A DNA stretch of 63,553 nt, counting the filler, from Reticulomyxa filosa (taxonomy: Eukaryota > Protista > Foraminifera): the NCBI GenBank assembly GCA_000512085.1. It is 21 parts of 21 records of this genome, joined end to end, with 100 filler letters (N's around TTAATTAATTAA, not from the genome) between each part and the next. Parts side by side here need not be neighbours in the genome. Positions count along the whole stretch, not along the records: positions 24,393 to 28,991 come from ASPP01017576.1; positions 29,092 to 30,232 come from ASPP01019262.1; positions 30,333 to 32,934 come from ASPP01019469.1; positions 33,035 to 37,217 come from ASPP01019397.1; positions 37,318 to 39,814 come from ASPP01007686.1; positions 39,915 to 42,325 come from ASPP01021546.1; 15 more parts are not named here. One strand, 5' to 3'. The notes beneath the pieces are model-generated. The model was not told the DNA's origin. It ran no database searches and worked only from the letters and a program-made list of their open reading frames with translations. The position numbers and the translations under genes are program-made. Below, in pieces: positions 26,058 through 39,984 of this stretch. How positions within the stretch are numbered: the stretch's first letter is position 1; each line of letters opens with the position of its first letter.

Positions 26058-28970
26058 TATATATATGTATGTACATATATGGATATGTATAGCTGCTCTT
26101 GAGAAAGACTACAAAGCTGTTTCGCCCATAATCAACACTGGTATGGAAGATTTGAGTCGAAAGAAAATGGCGACAATTTTTAGAATATTGTCAAATGTCA
26201 ACGCATAATCATTATGTTTCTTCAACAATTGTTCCACTTTGGTTTTTCTTTTATTTTCATCATTTGTCCTTTTTTTGTGTGTTTGTTTTGATGGATTTGA
26301 AGCAAGCACTTTTTAAAGCTAAAATATATAAATAAATATACATATATATATGTTCTCGTAACTGATATCCACCACATATTCTTAAAAGCAAGTCCAACTT
26401 TTTGAATTGGGCTTCCTCGTTTTCAAAATAGACACTATTGTTCTTTGCAAAAAAGTCTTCTTTTCCAACTCTTGTTCGAAATTGTAAATTTCCCATTTGT
26501 GCAACTGTTTGATGTATCGCCACACCTTGGCATGTTCGTGTTGGTTTTTATCGACGTTCATGGATAGCAATGACAAAGAGTGGTCAATGTGAACATTGTC
26601 CAGATCTTCTTTCAAAGTGCTTTTTTCCATGTGGGTCTGAACGGAATCGGAAATGGACATTTGGTTGAGCAGGACCATAGGTGGGTCGGCATGTTTCCAC
26701 ATTTGCACGAGGAAGAACTCTTCTGTGTCCATCGACTCGTCCATTTTTTTGTCTTCGTCCATGTCTTTGCAGTCTTCCAAAGCTTTACGTTTGTTGCGCT
26801 GGTAAGTATCGCATGCAATTTGCGTACCGGACTTGATGATGGAAGTAACTATCATTTCGTGCAGCGGAAGGGCTTGTCCAGTGATCGTGGTGGGGACCCA
26901 TGCATTTTTTATATAAAGAAAGTTGTAGACTTGGATTAGTTGTTTGTACATAAATTGTAAGAATGATTTGAGATGAATTAAGCTTTGTCGCGCTGTAATG
27001 TTATGTAATTATTGTTGTAGTGTGACAATTATAAATACATATAAAAAAAAAAATATATATATATGTACATTATATTTGTTTATCTATTTACCAGGGGGAG
27101 AATACTTCTTTAACAAAGGCTCTAATTTGGCCTCGTCAAAGATATGCGACTCATAAGACCAATCTTTGCTTTGTTGGGCATTGTTCTTTAATAAACCTGT
27201 TTCCAAAGCGTCCAAATATTGCACGACAAACTGCTCTTTGCTGGACAGCGACAATTTGTTGATAATATAAGATTGATACAAGGGCTGCTCATCTTTCAAC
27301 TGGTCCAGCACTTCGAAAAACGGCATGGCCAAGTCTTTGACGCCATCTCCAAAGAAATAGAGCCACTTCAACACATCTGTCAATCTGGTTTTTTTATGGG
27401 TGTTTGACAACTCCGTCGGCAGCTCTACGAGGAACATGTGATTCTTGCAAACGCGGAAACATGTGCCATCGGATTTGGTGAGATGGCGAAGCACGAGCAA
27501 TTGGAACATGATGATGTTGACATCTTGGCCGGCCTGACTGGATATATTGATATGAAAGACTAACTTGCCATCTGTTTGCGGTGCGCTGAGCAGTCGATCC
27601 ACGATGAAGTCGACGTCTGCGACGGTGGTATTTAGAGGCAAGTGCACCAGACACTCGTCGCAGGTCAGTTGTAGACTCTTTGCAATCTTTGCAATCGTAT
27701 GCGATTTGCCCACACATTCGCTTTTCGATAAAAATACCTGCACAAACGGGGCATTGCTTGTGTTCTCTCGAAACACGCTCAACTCACTGCAAAAGATTGT
27801 CGAATAAAACGATCTGCATTCAGCTTGTTCCAGTATCAGAGGCTCCCGATCTCGGAAGGGCAGTAATGCCTCCGCCACTATGCATTGATTATTCGTCGTT
27901 ATTATCGCAAACAGCGACAGAGAGGTCTGTGTGTACAATTGGAGCATTCGCAACAAGTCGCGCTGTACCGACGGCTGCAATTGCTCCGGCAATGCCAAAC
28001 AATATAACGCCTTCGTTTCTTTTGAGTTGTGAAGCGCTTGGCAATTGCTTCTGATTAAAAAACACTCAAGCTGTTCCACTGATGTGGATTGATCGCAAAA
28101 GATTACCTAATATATACATATATATATATATATGTATATATGTATATATGTATGTATACATATATATTTTTCCTTATGAAAAACACATCTAACTCGATTC
28201 GCAATTGGCTGCTGTTGCTGCGATAAAAATAACTTGACGAGGTATTCCAACACTTTATTCGTCTCACAAATGTACAAATTCGGCTTTCCTTGTTCCAGTC
28301 GTTTCACGTTTCGTGAGCATGACAATGTTGGTTGTCTTGTCCAATACGATTCAAAGTTCTTCAGCATTTTTCCAAGTTGCTCCAGTTCATTGTCATTTTC
28401 CACGTTCCAACTCTTGTTTTTTTTTTTTTTTTTTGTTACAAAAAATCTTTCTGTTTCACTTCTGCAATTTAACAGACATGAAACATCCACCAAACTGTTT
28501 TCGCATCAATGGCTTCGTTAATTTGGGCCATACTAATGTCCGGATGAATATACGCAATTTTCGATGCAATCAATCCCGTATATTTTTCTTTATTTTCCAT
28601 ACTAAAATGTGATTGTAAACAATCGCATAAAAAGCGCATGTCTCGTCCAGTGAAAAATGTTAATCCCGGATGTTTTTGTCGAAGCTATGCATACAATCAC
28701 GCATATATACAATGTATATATGTATGCATATATGTTGAAAGATCAACTTAACCTGTGAAACATCACTTTTCCATTTATTCAGACAATCTTCCCACTCTTT
28801 ATCAAGTCTTTCAAACTCTGCCACTGTCGACGACAATTCAATTCTCCTTTGCAATTTGAGTTTTACTCGGCCTCCCATTTCGTAATATTGCAATCGTTTT
28901 TTTGCAATGCTTTTGCTTTTGTCCAGCTTGCTGACATAATTGTACTTCACCTATTGGACCGTCGCATTTG
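24470..28970 (-). CDS. RNF213/mysterin-like giant AAA+ ATPase, internal fragment
   Basis: Motifs YALTFDNILK, IPVLIMGETGCGKTKL, VHGG, FLDEINT, AALNPYR, LVYQVFPLPKSL..VWNFGSL, SLRDVRR, SLAHCYYYRL, ENLFVM..IPTIVVGRPGSSKTLAM. Many introns, one -1 break at about 26462, one non-canonical intron 26023-26116. Confidence 0.93.
24775..24801. repeat. (CA)n microsatellite in an RNF213 intron
   Basis: Directly visible. Confidence 0.9.
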
Positions 28971-29779
28971 AATTGTTTTTTTTTTTTTTTTNNNNNNNNN
29001 NNNNNNNNNNNNNNNNNNNNNNNNNNNNNNNNNNNTTAATTAATTAANNNNNNNNNNNNNNNNNNNNNNNNNNNNNNNNNNNNNNNNNNNNTTAAATCTT
29101 TATTTTTCGTGGAGAAAATCGATTCTCTTCATATAATGCCATTTAGGTATGGCAGTTTCTTTTGCAATATACTGTATTAGTGTTTGGAGAGAATATTAAT
29201 ATTTAGCAAGGAAAGAATCAAAATATCCAAGAGGAAGCGTTCAACAAGTAAATAAAATGACAACACAAAGAATTTATTGCGTAGACACTTTTGTTGGTTT
29301 TACCCACAGAAATATGTTTCAACAAAATCATTACCAAAAATATTATTGAGAAATATAACATCTGCAGGAAATAGGCCTCATTATCTTGAAAAATAAATAT
29401 TACAAATACCATATTGTAATGTTTCCTTTGAGAAAAAATCTTATTTCATATTTCATTTAATAGTAAAAATAATAACAAATTTAGGCTTAATCTTGTAGAA
29501 TGCTTCCCGATTATGAACAAGACATAGATTCTTTTTTAATATAAACATTTTTTGCTCAGCGTGATAATTCTTTAAAATTTTTTTTATTTTGAAATCAATA
29601 GATCTCATTTTAAAAAAAAAAGATCAATCTTTACGTTTTGACAAAATGAATAAACTTCCCTTTTTTAAAGTGAATATTATCAAATAGTTTTTGTTAAATA
29701 AACAAAAACAAACAAATAATAATTTTGAAATGAAATAATTCCAAACATATCATTGGTTCATTCAATCAAAATAAATCAA

Positions 29780-30232
29780 TGACAATCCATTCTTTTCCTA
29801 ATGTCCTTAACCTCAATACATTTTCACTTCACTCTCAAACAATCTTCACCTGGAGGTACTGTTTCAAAAAATAATTTAACATCTTCTTCATTCAGACATT
29901 GCACAGCTGGACTGTATTTGTCTTGTTCCAATCTTATTTTGATCTTCCACTTATTTAATTCATTTTCAATACTCTTCTTTTTTGGAGATTCATAATCTTC
30001 CTTCCATCCACTTAGTCTTTCCCTCTTTGAAAATTGAGATTTTCCACATAATATTTTTATCGGACCATTTTTGAACTTTCTCTTCAATTCTTGTCTTTGA
30101 AATGTCATCAAATAACGCAACATAAAACATGTTGAAGTAGTCGAAAAGTAAGTAAAGTCTAATAATGTTTGCTTTTTGTTTAAAATATTTTGTGTCCAAC
30201 AACTTAATGAATGAATGTAATTGGATTTTTGA
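29780..30232 (-). pseudogene. Degenerate coding relic
   Basis: Overlapping K/E-rich ORF pieces (29824-30123, 29990-30202) interrupted by stops and frame changes. No family recognised. Confidence 0.35.
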
Positions 30233-30332
30233 NNNNNNNNNNNNNNNNNNNNNNNNNNNNNNNNNNNNNNNNNNNNTTAATTAATTAANNNNNNNNNNNN
30301 NNNNNNNNNNNNNNNNNNNNNNNNNNNNNNNN

Positions 30333-32600
30333 AAGACAGGAAGATCTGTCGAAGAGATTTACATTCATCATCACGACTATTCAATAACATGACCGATACG
30401 TTCAATGTATTTGATTATAGGTCGTGTTGGGTGGAAATTTCATGTATGATCAAAAGAAACCGTTATTATTTTACAGTTTCTATCGAAATTTACAGTGTAA
30501 TCATTTCAATATTCAAGCATTTGAACAAGAATTACAACATGATATGAAAATAACTGAATATATTATCATTGGAGGAAATTGGAATGCAAATTATCATGCA
30601 TGGTTGGATCATAACATAGACGATATTGGTGAGAGTATTCTTGATTTCATTGTATCCAATGGATTACATTGTCATTTGACTGCACGTTCATGAAAGATAA
30701 TGCGACATCAAGCTTGATATCAAATTATGTTCATCATATATTCTTCCATTGATTAGTAATTGGAGAAAGGAGACAAAAAATTGGATGTGCAATATCTCAA
30801 ATAAAGTTCATTTGTTCGAGTAAAAGGGTTATATTTATCGTGTTGAAAATGTAAAAAATCTTTATAACTAAGGATCAACGGGACGTTTATATGCGAAAAG
30901 TAATAAGGATAGCCACTGGGACAGCAATACATGCATGCATAAGAAGGGGCCACAAAAACAACTAGGAAGAACAATGAGCGGAGCAGCTGCAGAAAGGGCA
31001 ACCATTCGAATGTAGCCATAGGAAAAAAGCTGCACGAAGAGCCACATGAAGAAGAGCTGCAGGAAGAACTGTACAAATAGCCAACAGGAGAAAAAGTCGT
31101 AGGAAGTGACATAAGAAGGATAACCACACGAAAGAAAGTCGCATTGAACGCATAAATAAGCCACAAATAATAATAATTTTTTTTTTGTTTCAATGAATTT
31201 TTTATTTGATTCATTCTAACGCTTTTTTTTAATCAAATACTCATCAGTTGAGGATAGACGAATAATACGATTCAAAAAAATGAGATTGCAGGACTTCATA
31301 AATTCAGGACACAGGAAATATGCATTTGTTTTATTTGTAAATTTTTTTCTTCAGGTTTGCAAAATAACATTCATCATCTTTTTTGAACACGTGCATGTTC
31401 TTTTTTTTACCTTGAACGAGTTTCTTGATATCATGACAAATACCATTTTCGTTTTGATAAAAAAAGAAATACAAAACAACGCTAATATGTGAACATTGTA
31501 AAGTTCATTATTATTTTTTAAGTGGAATATGACCGTGTGGGCACAAAAATAATTGGAGTGGAAATGAATCGAATAATATTGGGTTGGAAATTGGAAGATA
31601 TCGTTGAATTCGATTGCAGGATTTGGAAAAGTGTAAGACGAAAGGATTGCAAGCAGACACATCCAAGTTGTAGTGGTTTCAAGTCAGCGTCATAAATGTT
31701 TCTTCAATGCAATAAAGGCTTTCGACAGACAACAAAGAAATTGAAGAAAAAGTCGAGTCCAAAGTGGACCTAGAGACTCGCTATTATACGGTCACGAGTG
31801 ACAAGAGACATGCAGTATTGAGCAGCAAATATGAGATAAGTGAATGTGTATCGACTAACCTAAATCTAAGAATGTAAACAAGAAGATTAAAAGGGGCCAT
31901 CTTTCCATTGCACGATAAAATATACAAAACTGATGGGAATATCGACGTGACCTAGTCGAGTGATCAACTTCGAGGCACTAAGATGAAACTGAAATGATGG
32001 CCGACAAATTTTTCTAAAAATGATTCGGATGGGTTACTTACTGCATTTGTGAATACAATCGTTATCGAGAAGTTGTCGTTGCCTCTGTCAAAGAGAGTAT
32101 AATGTGGTCTTTGAGTGCTTGAGACTTTGACACGAATACGCTGTGAAAATATCCGCAGTGAATCAGCAAGAAGAGGAAACAGCACAGGACTGGCATCAAT
32201 TGACTCTGAAAAAGACATTCAAATCGTTTCATTTTTTATATAAAAATATAGAAGCAATTTTCGGACATGGACCCATACAAATTGGAAGAATGGGTGATAG
32301 AAAAGTAAGAGAAATTGTAAGTGATTTGGACGATTTTGATTTAAAAAAGTACGTTCAAAAATTGAAGGATTGGACTAGCAATATCAACGGGTTCTATTGG
32401 ATTAATCATAGGAACCTTTAATTTCAAAATGCAATCATTAAAGCATCAAGGAGACTGGACTCAAGAGAAAGTGCTTGTACGTGCTATTAGAAGTGAAATT
32501 TCACGGCGATACAAGAGAAGGAAGTGAGTCTTACAGACGCAGTTCGATTCGATGGATTAATATGATGCAAGCATGCAAACTTTCAGAAAATTTGGAAAAT
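30333..32600 (+). mobile_element. Decayed non-LTR retrotransposon (APE endonuclease plus RT remnants)
   Basis: APE motif IIIGGNWNANYHAWLDHNIDDIGESILDFIVSNGL (cf. GDFNAHH..W..G..L). RT motif relic FFNAIKAFDR at 31700-31729 (cf. FxDxxKAFD). EYAVKI near 32133. Many stops and frameshifts. Confidence 0.8.
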
Positions 32601-33034
32601 TAGTTATAATTTATAACATATCACTAGATTTTAAAGAAAACCGGAAGCATATGGAAACACAATTAATGAATTTGATCAAATTAAATTAATTTGGAACACT
32701 TATTTAAATGTTTCGATAGTGTGGACACATTGAAATTGTGCATAGATTTAACAAACATATTTAGTCTATCTAAAAAAATAGAAATGACTGCAGTTAATAC
32801 TAAAGAAATACCAAAGAAATTGTTGCAATATGTTGATCACAATGTAAACAAAGAAACAATTGACAACATCGCAAAATTTATTTGTCATTGAACAAAATTA
32901 TCCAAAATATAATGGATTTACAAATTTGTTCTATNNNNNNNNNNNNNNNNNNNNNNNNNNNNNNNNNNNNNNNNNNNNTTAATTAATTAANNNNNNNNNN
33001 NNNNNNNNNNNNNNNNNNNNNNNNNNNNNNNNNN

Positions 33035-34300
33035 TTGTTACGGGTTAGTTGTAGAGCGGAGTTATTATTATTATTACTGTTATTGTTATTATTGTTATTG
33101 TTATTGTTATTGTTATTGTTATTGTTATTGTTATTGTTATTACTTCTTTTTGGAGATAATAACCTTTCCTTGTCTTTGTCTTCCTCTTTCTTATCAATGA
33201 CGTTGATATTGGACTCATCTTTTTTAATGTCAAAGCCGTAACTCATGGTTCTGATGTGAGACGGATATTTGTAGTTGCGAAGCAGATAGTTCAACAATCC
33301 CCGGCCCTTGTCGCCGGCGTATTTCACATCTTTTTTATGGTTTTGTGCATATGCGCCATACTGTTCCTCCACGTATGCTATGAATTTATCAATCGCCAAA
33401 AGCGTAGTGTCTTTGCCCTTTTCTTTTTCTTGCTCATTGCCATTCTCTTTTTCTAAATTCTTTCCACTGTTCAAAAAAAAAATAATAATAATAAATAATT
33501 ATTATTCTTCTTCATTAACTCGCTAATATGTGAATTGAATATATGCGTATATTAAAGTTGAAGAAAAAAAAAAAAAAGGGAGTTGGGGGGGGGAGTGGTC
33601 GACAAGGTAGTTGGAAATGGGAAAAAAAAAAAATTGAATGAAATGGAGTTTTCTTTTGATAATTGATTTGTTTGTTTCTTTTTTTTTTGGATCATTGTTT
33701 TGCTTGAGATAACTAGTTAGTACAAAAGTCAACGAAGAAATGATCGATCATCGAAGTGGTGATGTATGGACTGTTAGGGATTTGTAACGATTGCAGAAAT
33801 GATTTAAACTCTCTAAAGTCCAAATATCCATCGCCATTCCCATCAAATCCCTTCAACTTTTGACACAATTCGATACATATCAATGGAGTTTCGCTCGCGT
33901 CCTTCACCAATGTCGGCATATTGCGTGGAGAGCTTGTGTTTGGTCCATTGCTGCTAACTCGGTTTTGTGGAGATAATGATCTCACCATTCGTGGACTGGC
34001 CGTATTGTTGTTATTGTTATTGTTATTGTTGGTATTATTGCCATTATTATTATTATTGTTGTTATTACCCGGTCGCTGTTATTATATCCGTATCATTTTT
34101 TATTATTATTGTTATTGTTGTTGGGTAATTGAGGGATGCTATCTCCAAAAACAAAAAAAAAAACACAAAGTCGCTGTTTTCGTCTTTATTTATTCGACAA
34201 AAACCTTTGGACTACGAGCAGTGCGATCTAAATTTGCGGTGGCCGTTTGTGGATTAGCACCCACACGCGCTTTTCCACCACGGGATGTTGCTAGCATTCG
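33035..34300 (-). CDS. EF-hand-containing low-complexity protein (3' truncated; start uncertain)
   Basis: Canonical EF-hand loop DGNGDGYLDFREF in ORF 33713-33988. Downstream exon about 33035-33470. Poly-N tracts. Confidence 0.7.
33061..33141. repeat. (TTATTG)n/(TTA)n microsatellite encoding poly-Asn
   Basis: Directly visible. Confidence 0.9.
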
Positions 34301-34754
34301 TTGCGTGCAAAATTTTTAAAATTGCTAGGGGCAAAAAAAAAAGTGATCTTTGTAGTTCCAGTTATATTGCCATTGAGCAGCTTCTTTTATTTTTCTTAAC
34401 ATTTATAACATTTATATCCACATTGTTTGTCCAGATTAAACTTTCCACATTTCTATTGTGTCTTTTGGATCACATGCGATAATACGGAGAAAACTGTCAT
34501 TTGCTATAATATTGGAAGAAAAAGTCCAAAGAAAATTACTTTGTGATAAGTCTGGACTCCCTTCTGATTCATTACGCATAGAGTTTACATTGTTTCACAA
34601 TGCAGCAGACACATATAATTATCCTTGGAAAAAATTTGACCAAAAAAAAAAGACCAAACACAAAAGCAAGAATAAAAATAACGCGATTAAAACGAATGTA
34701 GAACAGAGATTTGTGAGCAAATGATTCTATTCTAACTATCAACAATTACACTAA

Positions 34755-35975
34755 TTAGTCCCCCCATATCCGAACAGTGTTATCATCAGAGCCGGAAACG
34801 AGAAGTCTACCATCCGGCGCAATGTCGATTTTTTGGACCCCACTCAAATGTCCTTCCAACTTTGCAATTTCATCACCTGATGATAAATCCCACAAACGAA
34901 TTGTCATATCATTCGAACAAGACGCAAGAGTTTGACCATTTGAAAAAAACGCCACATCATTCACAACATCAGTATGTCCTGTCAAAACTTGCAATATCGA
35001 TTTTGACTTGACATTCCATATTCGTATCGTCTTGTCCTGTGAGCAAGATGCAATGAGCCGTCCATCTGGAGAAAATTTTGCACGTGTTACCGGATGCTCA
35101 TGTCCTTTCAAAGCTGTAATTCTTTTACCAGATGTCGTGTTCCATACAATAAGTGTGCCATCATACGATGCCGATACAATCATTGTTGAATCGGATGAAA
35201 AATGGACACTGCTTACTTTTTTTGCATGTCTTTTCAGTTCTCGAATTTCATTCCCAGATTTTCCATCCCACAATTGGATGGTACCGTTACTTGAACCTGA
35301 CGCAATATAATTGCCATCTGGAGAATAAGTCGCATCCCATATTTCACTGGCATCTCTCCACTCTTTCAATTTTATTTTCAATTTTATACTCCATACCTGA
35401 ATTGCTTCACCTTGCGACGACATGACAAGAAGTCCGTCATTTGAAAAGGCTGCACTGTTGAATTTATAGTCACTGTCGTCGAATATTTGCGTTTGTTTTC
35501 CCGACATTGCATCCCATACCCGAATTGTCTTATCCCATGATGCCGAAACAATCCTGTGACCATCGTTTGAAAACTTTACGCTCTTCACTGCGCCTTCATG
35601 CTCACGTAACACTTTGATTGTCTTGAAATAGGTCGCCTTTATGTTCATTATTGAGGAGCAAACAGTTTGAAAAACAATATTTTACTCGCTGTTCAATACA
35701 AAATCACACTTGTTTCCTTTAACATATTTTGCAACGATTTTGTCAAATTCAGGAATCCATCCTATTTTTATATCTAAGGCTCGGACCCAATGCTGAAGTA
35801 TTGTCACTACGTGCCTTTTTAACTGTTGTTTTGTCCATACGCTACGGTGAAACACAAGAACTCAACGTGCACTTGTTAAATACTATTGACATCTTACCAA
35901 TAGTGGCGGACCAGTATTTTTATCACCATAAAAAGGAAGAGAACCAAAAATGCTGGTTAGATCTATTCCAAACAT
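34755..35975 (-). CDS. WD40-repeat protein with a lineage-specific N-terminal module
   Basis: Seven WD40 repeats (GH..V..V.FS.DG..I.S.S.D.TIR.WD). Upstream exon [26 protein letters not shown] is spliced (donor 35723) to ATYFKTIK. Confidence 0.93.
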
Positions 35976-36560
35976 CTTTTTTTCTTAAACTAGTTTCTGT
36001 CACAAACAAGTCTTAGAGCTTTTGAGCAAAATTATTTCTATTTCAACATTCCTGTTTTACTTGACTTATAAGCAATTATTCACACATTCACAATGTCTAT
36101 GTGAATATTCCTTATTTGAAGTTTCAATTTAAAATAATATAGCTTAAGAACCATACATTTACTGTGTACCTTTTTTGCTTCAATCCTTTATCAATTTTTT
36201 CCTCTTGGCTTCGAATATATTATTTTTCTTCACACGGAGAATATTTGGATAACTTACCGTCAAGTGGTTGTTAGGTAATATATTCAGCATATCGATAGAA
36301 GTTATAGGAATATTATTCATTATAAGATGCTGTGCCGTCTTCTGTTGACAGGACAATCAAAATTTGCTTTTTCTTTTCTTTTTTTTCACTTAAGAAATAA
36401 CTTTTTCTTGTTTTTTACCCAATCAAGCTCCAAAAATATGAATGTATTACAGCACGTAAACGTTCTAACCCTCTTAGAACTTCAAAAAAAAGTCGAAATT
36501 TTTGTTGTATTTGAGTTTGCTTTTGATTTCTCAGCGTAAAATTTCAATCAAAAAGAGAAG

Positions 36561-37164
<604 letters not shown>

Positions 37165-37338
37165 TAAGTAGTTGTAAATTTGTTTTTTTGTTTTGCAAGT
37201 GGTTATTTTTTTTTTTTNNNNNNNNNNNNNNNNNNNNNNNNNNNNNNNNNNNNNNNNNNNNTTAATTAATTAANNNNNNNNNNNNNNNNNNNNNNNNNNN
37301 NNNNNNNNNNNNNNNNNAAAAAAAAAAAAAAAGGAAAT

Positions 37339-39058
37339 ATGATAAAAATGACAACTGCCATAGGTGAGTCTCAGCGATTGTTATTGGTGTTGTGCGGAAC
37401 GGTGGTAATGACTCTTGTCGGCGTGTTGCTGTTTGAGCTGCCATGGCATCAGTTTCCCAATGCAGGTGAGCTGTGGCTATTTTGGACGTCGTCGATTGGT
37501 GTGATGTATCTGTGTCACGCCTCATTGTACCGCATCAGCAAATTGGTGGACGAGTCGGAGAAGAAAAGATTTGCTTCGAAAGCGAAGCCGTCACTGCAAA
37601 GCGCGCAAGTCGCAATCTCGAAAGAGAGTCAGGTCCCTGCATTCCAGCCTGCGTTTCCAGTGCAGCCACAGCTACAGCCGCAGCCGCAATCGCTATCACA
37701 ATCAAAGTCGCAATCGTTATCACAATCCAGCCAACCGTCGCCACTTCTTCACTTGCAAATACAAACACAAATACAATCACAAGCACAAATACAAACACAA
37801 ACGCAAACGCTTGAAATGGTAGCAAAACACATTGGAGCGTCGCATGTGCCAATGATTGCTACTATCAATCCAAGCAATCCCACATTAAATGACTCAACCA
37901 ATCCACAACAAAAACAAGAAGATCAAAAACAAGATGACGCGAAAAAAGAAAACAACCCTCGTCATTGTTCGTCAAGCCGACACTGACACATTCACAGTCA
38001 TTGCCAATGAGCATTGGACGAAGCACTCATCTGCAGCCAAAAGAGGACAAGCGTGATGAGGCCGACCTCTCCAATGATGATGATGATGATGACGACGACG
38101 ACGACGAAGAAGAAGAAGGGACAAATGACCATTCCAATTACGAAGCGTCGCTGATCGCAGCACTGCAATATGCACATCAGCCGGTCCGGCGCGAAATTGA
38201 AGCCAAGACCGCTCTCTCCCATTTACATCTTAGCATCAACGACGCCCAGCCCACGTCCCGCTCTCGTCAAGTCCCAGACAATGGCATAATCCTCCTAACA
38301 AGTCCTTTTCCATTACTCCTTTGACAGAATTGTTATATACATATACACACATATAGACAAGCTGTACTTTTTTTTTTTCCCCCCTCTCTTCCTTTCTTCA
38401 ATCGACACTTTTGTTTACGTATATAAACATACACGCACACATAATCCATGTAATATATTTTTGCTTATTTTTGAACTGACAAAGGAAAAAGAAAAATTCA
38501 TTGGACTCTCGATCCGACTCGCGTCGTGTTCTATCGGGCATGAAGATCCTACCATCGCTAGCCAAGTCATTGAGCGTGCAAGTTGGAAGGCATTCCAATG
38601 ACAATAACAACAACAATAACAACAGTAACAACAATAATAACAAGAGCAATGGTGTTGGCGGAGTTAAAAGTGCTGGTAGTGTAGATCACACTCACACTCA
38701 TACGCATACGCATACTCATACGCATACGCATCAACGGAGGAGCAGTAATTATCTCGCGCCTTTTGTGCAAAAGTCCGCCAGCTTACGTGATTCGTACCTG
38801 CATCGCAAAAAATTGAAAGAGGAGCAAACCCAAAAGGCCCTTCGCATTGTCAAGCTGAGCGACTTTCTGCAAGATGAAACTGGTTTCCGATCTTTTGCTG
38901 CTTATTTGGCAAAGGAATTCTCTTCTGAGTTTAAATTACTAAACTAAAACAAGTCCAAGCATTTCTTTCTGTATTTATTAAATATATACATATATGTATA
39001 TATGTATATACATATGTACACAAACTTATATATGTATATCTATTATAAACCAATAATA

Positions 39059-39099
<41 letters not shown>

Positions 39100-39782
39100 A
39101 ACAAAGTTATATACTACTATTGCTTGACAATAGAAACTTAATGTTTGTGCTGCAGTATTGCCAATTGAAAACTCAAATGAAACGTTGTCAGTTAAAAATC
39201 ACATATATAAGAATTTTCTATTTTATTATCCTTGTGTGTATTGTATGTGTCAGATTGCTCAATTCGGAAGACTATGGCTGGCAATTACAGTTGCCCAAGT
39301 CGATATTGGAATTGACTAGTACGACGGAGTTGAAAGAGGACCTATCCCATCGGACGTGCGTCGCTCGATTCAAAAAAATCTTTGAAGAGTATGTGAATGA
39401 CAACGCGCTGCAGTCGATCAACATTAGCTTTGAAACGCATCGCCAAATTGTCACCGAGTGCCAGTCGCTATTTGCCCTGTGTCTTCCCAACGAAGAGGAC
39501 ACGAAACAGACGTCGATCGTGGCCATGGCCTCCTCCTCGTCGTCCTCGTCGTCGTCGCTTCAGCCGCATCGCACGACCGTGCGCTCTTCCTTTGGCAATT
39601 TGTTCCATCGACAGCAAACGCTCTTTCCTTTATCGTCTTCTCATCCCAAACATAAGTCGCTCGACCTTGTCGAAAATCGACCCCCTTCTTCCAATTACGT
39701 CGACAACCGTAGTGCCACATTCCTTTGGCAAACTAATGATAGCAATAAGAATAAAAAAAACAACAGCAATATTAATATTAAT

Positions 39783-39814
<32 letters not shown>
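37339..39814 (+). CDS. Membrane-anchored (probably 7TM) RGS-domain protein, truncated at both ends
   Basis: Two TM helices, a long low-complexity linker, then RGS motifs LSDFLQDETGFRSFAAYLAKEFSSE/NLMF and KIFEEYV..QSINIS. -1 break near 37957. Confidence 0.88.
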
Positions 39815-39923
39815 NNNNNNNNNNNNNNNNNNNNNNNNNNNNNNNNNNNNNNNNNNNNTTAATTAATTAANNNNNNNNNNNNNNNNNNNNNNNNNNNNNN
39901 NNNNNNNNNNNNNNTTTTTATTA

Positions 39924-39960
<37 letters not shown>

Positions 39961-39984
39961 GACTTACTTTACTTACTTACATAC

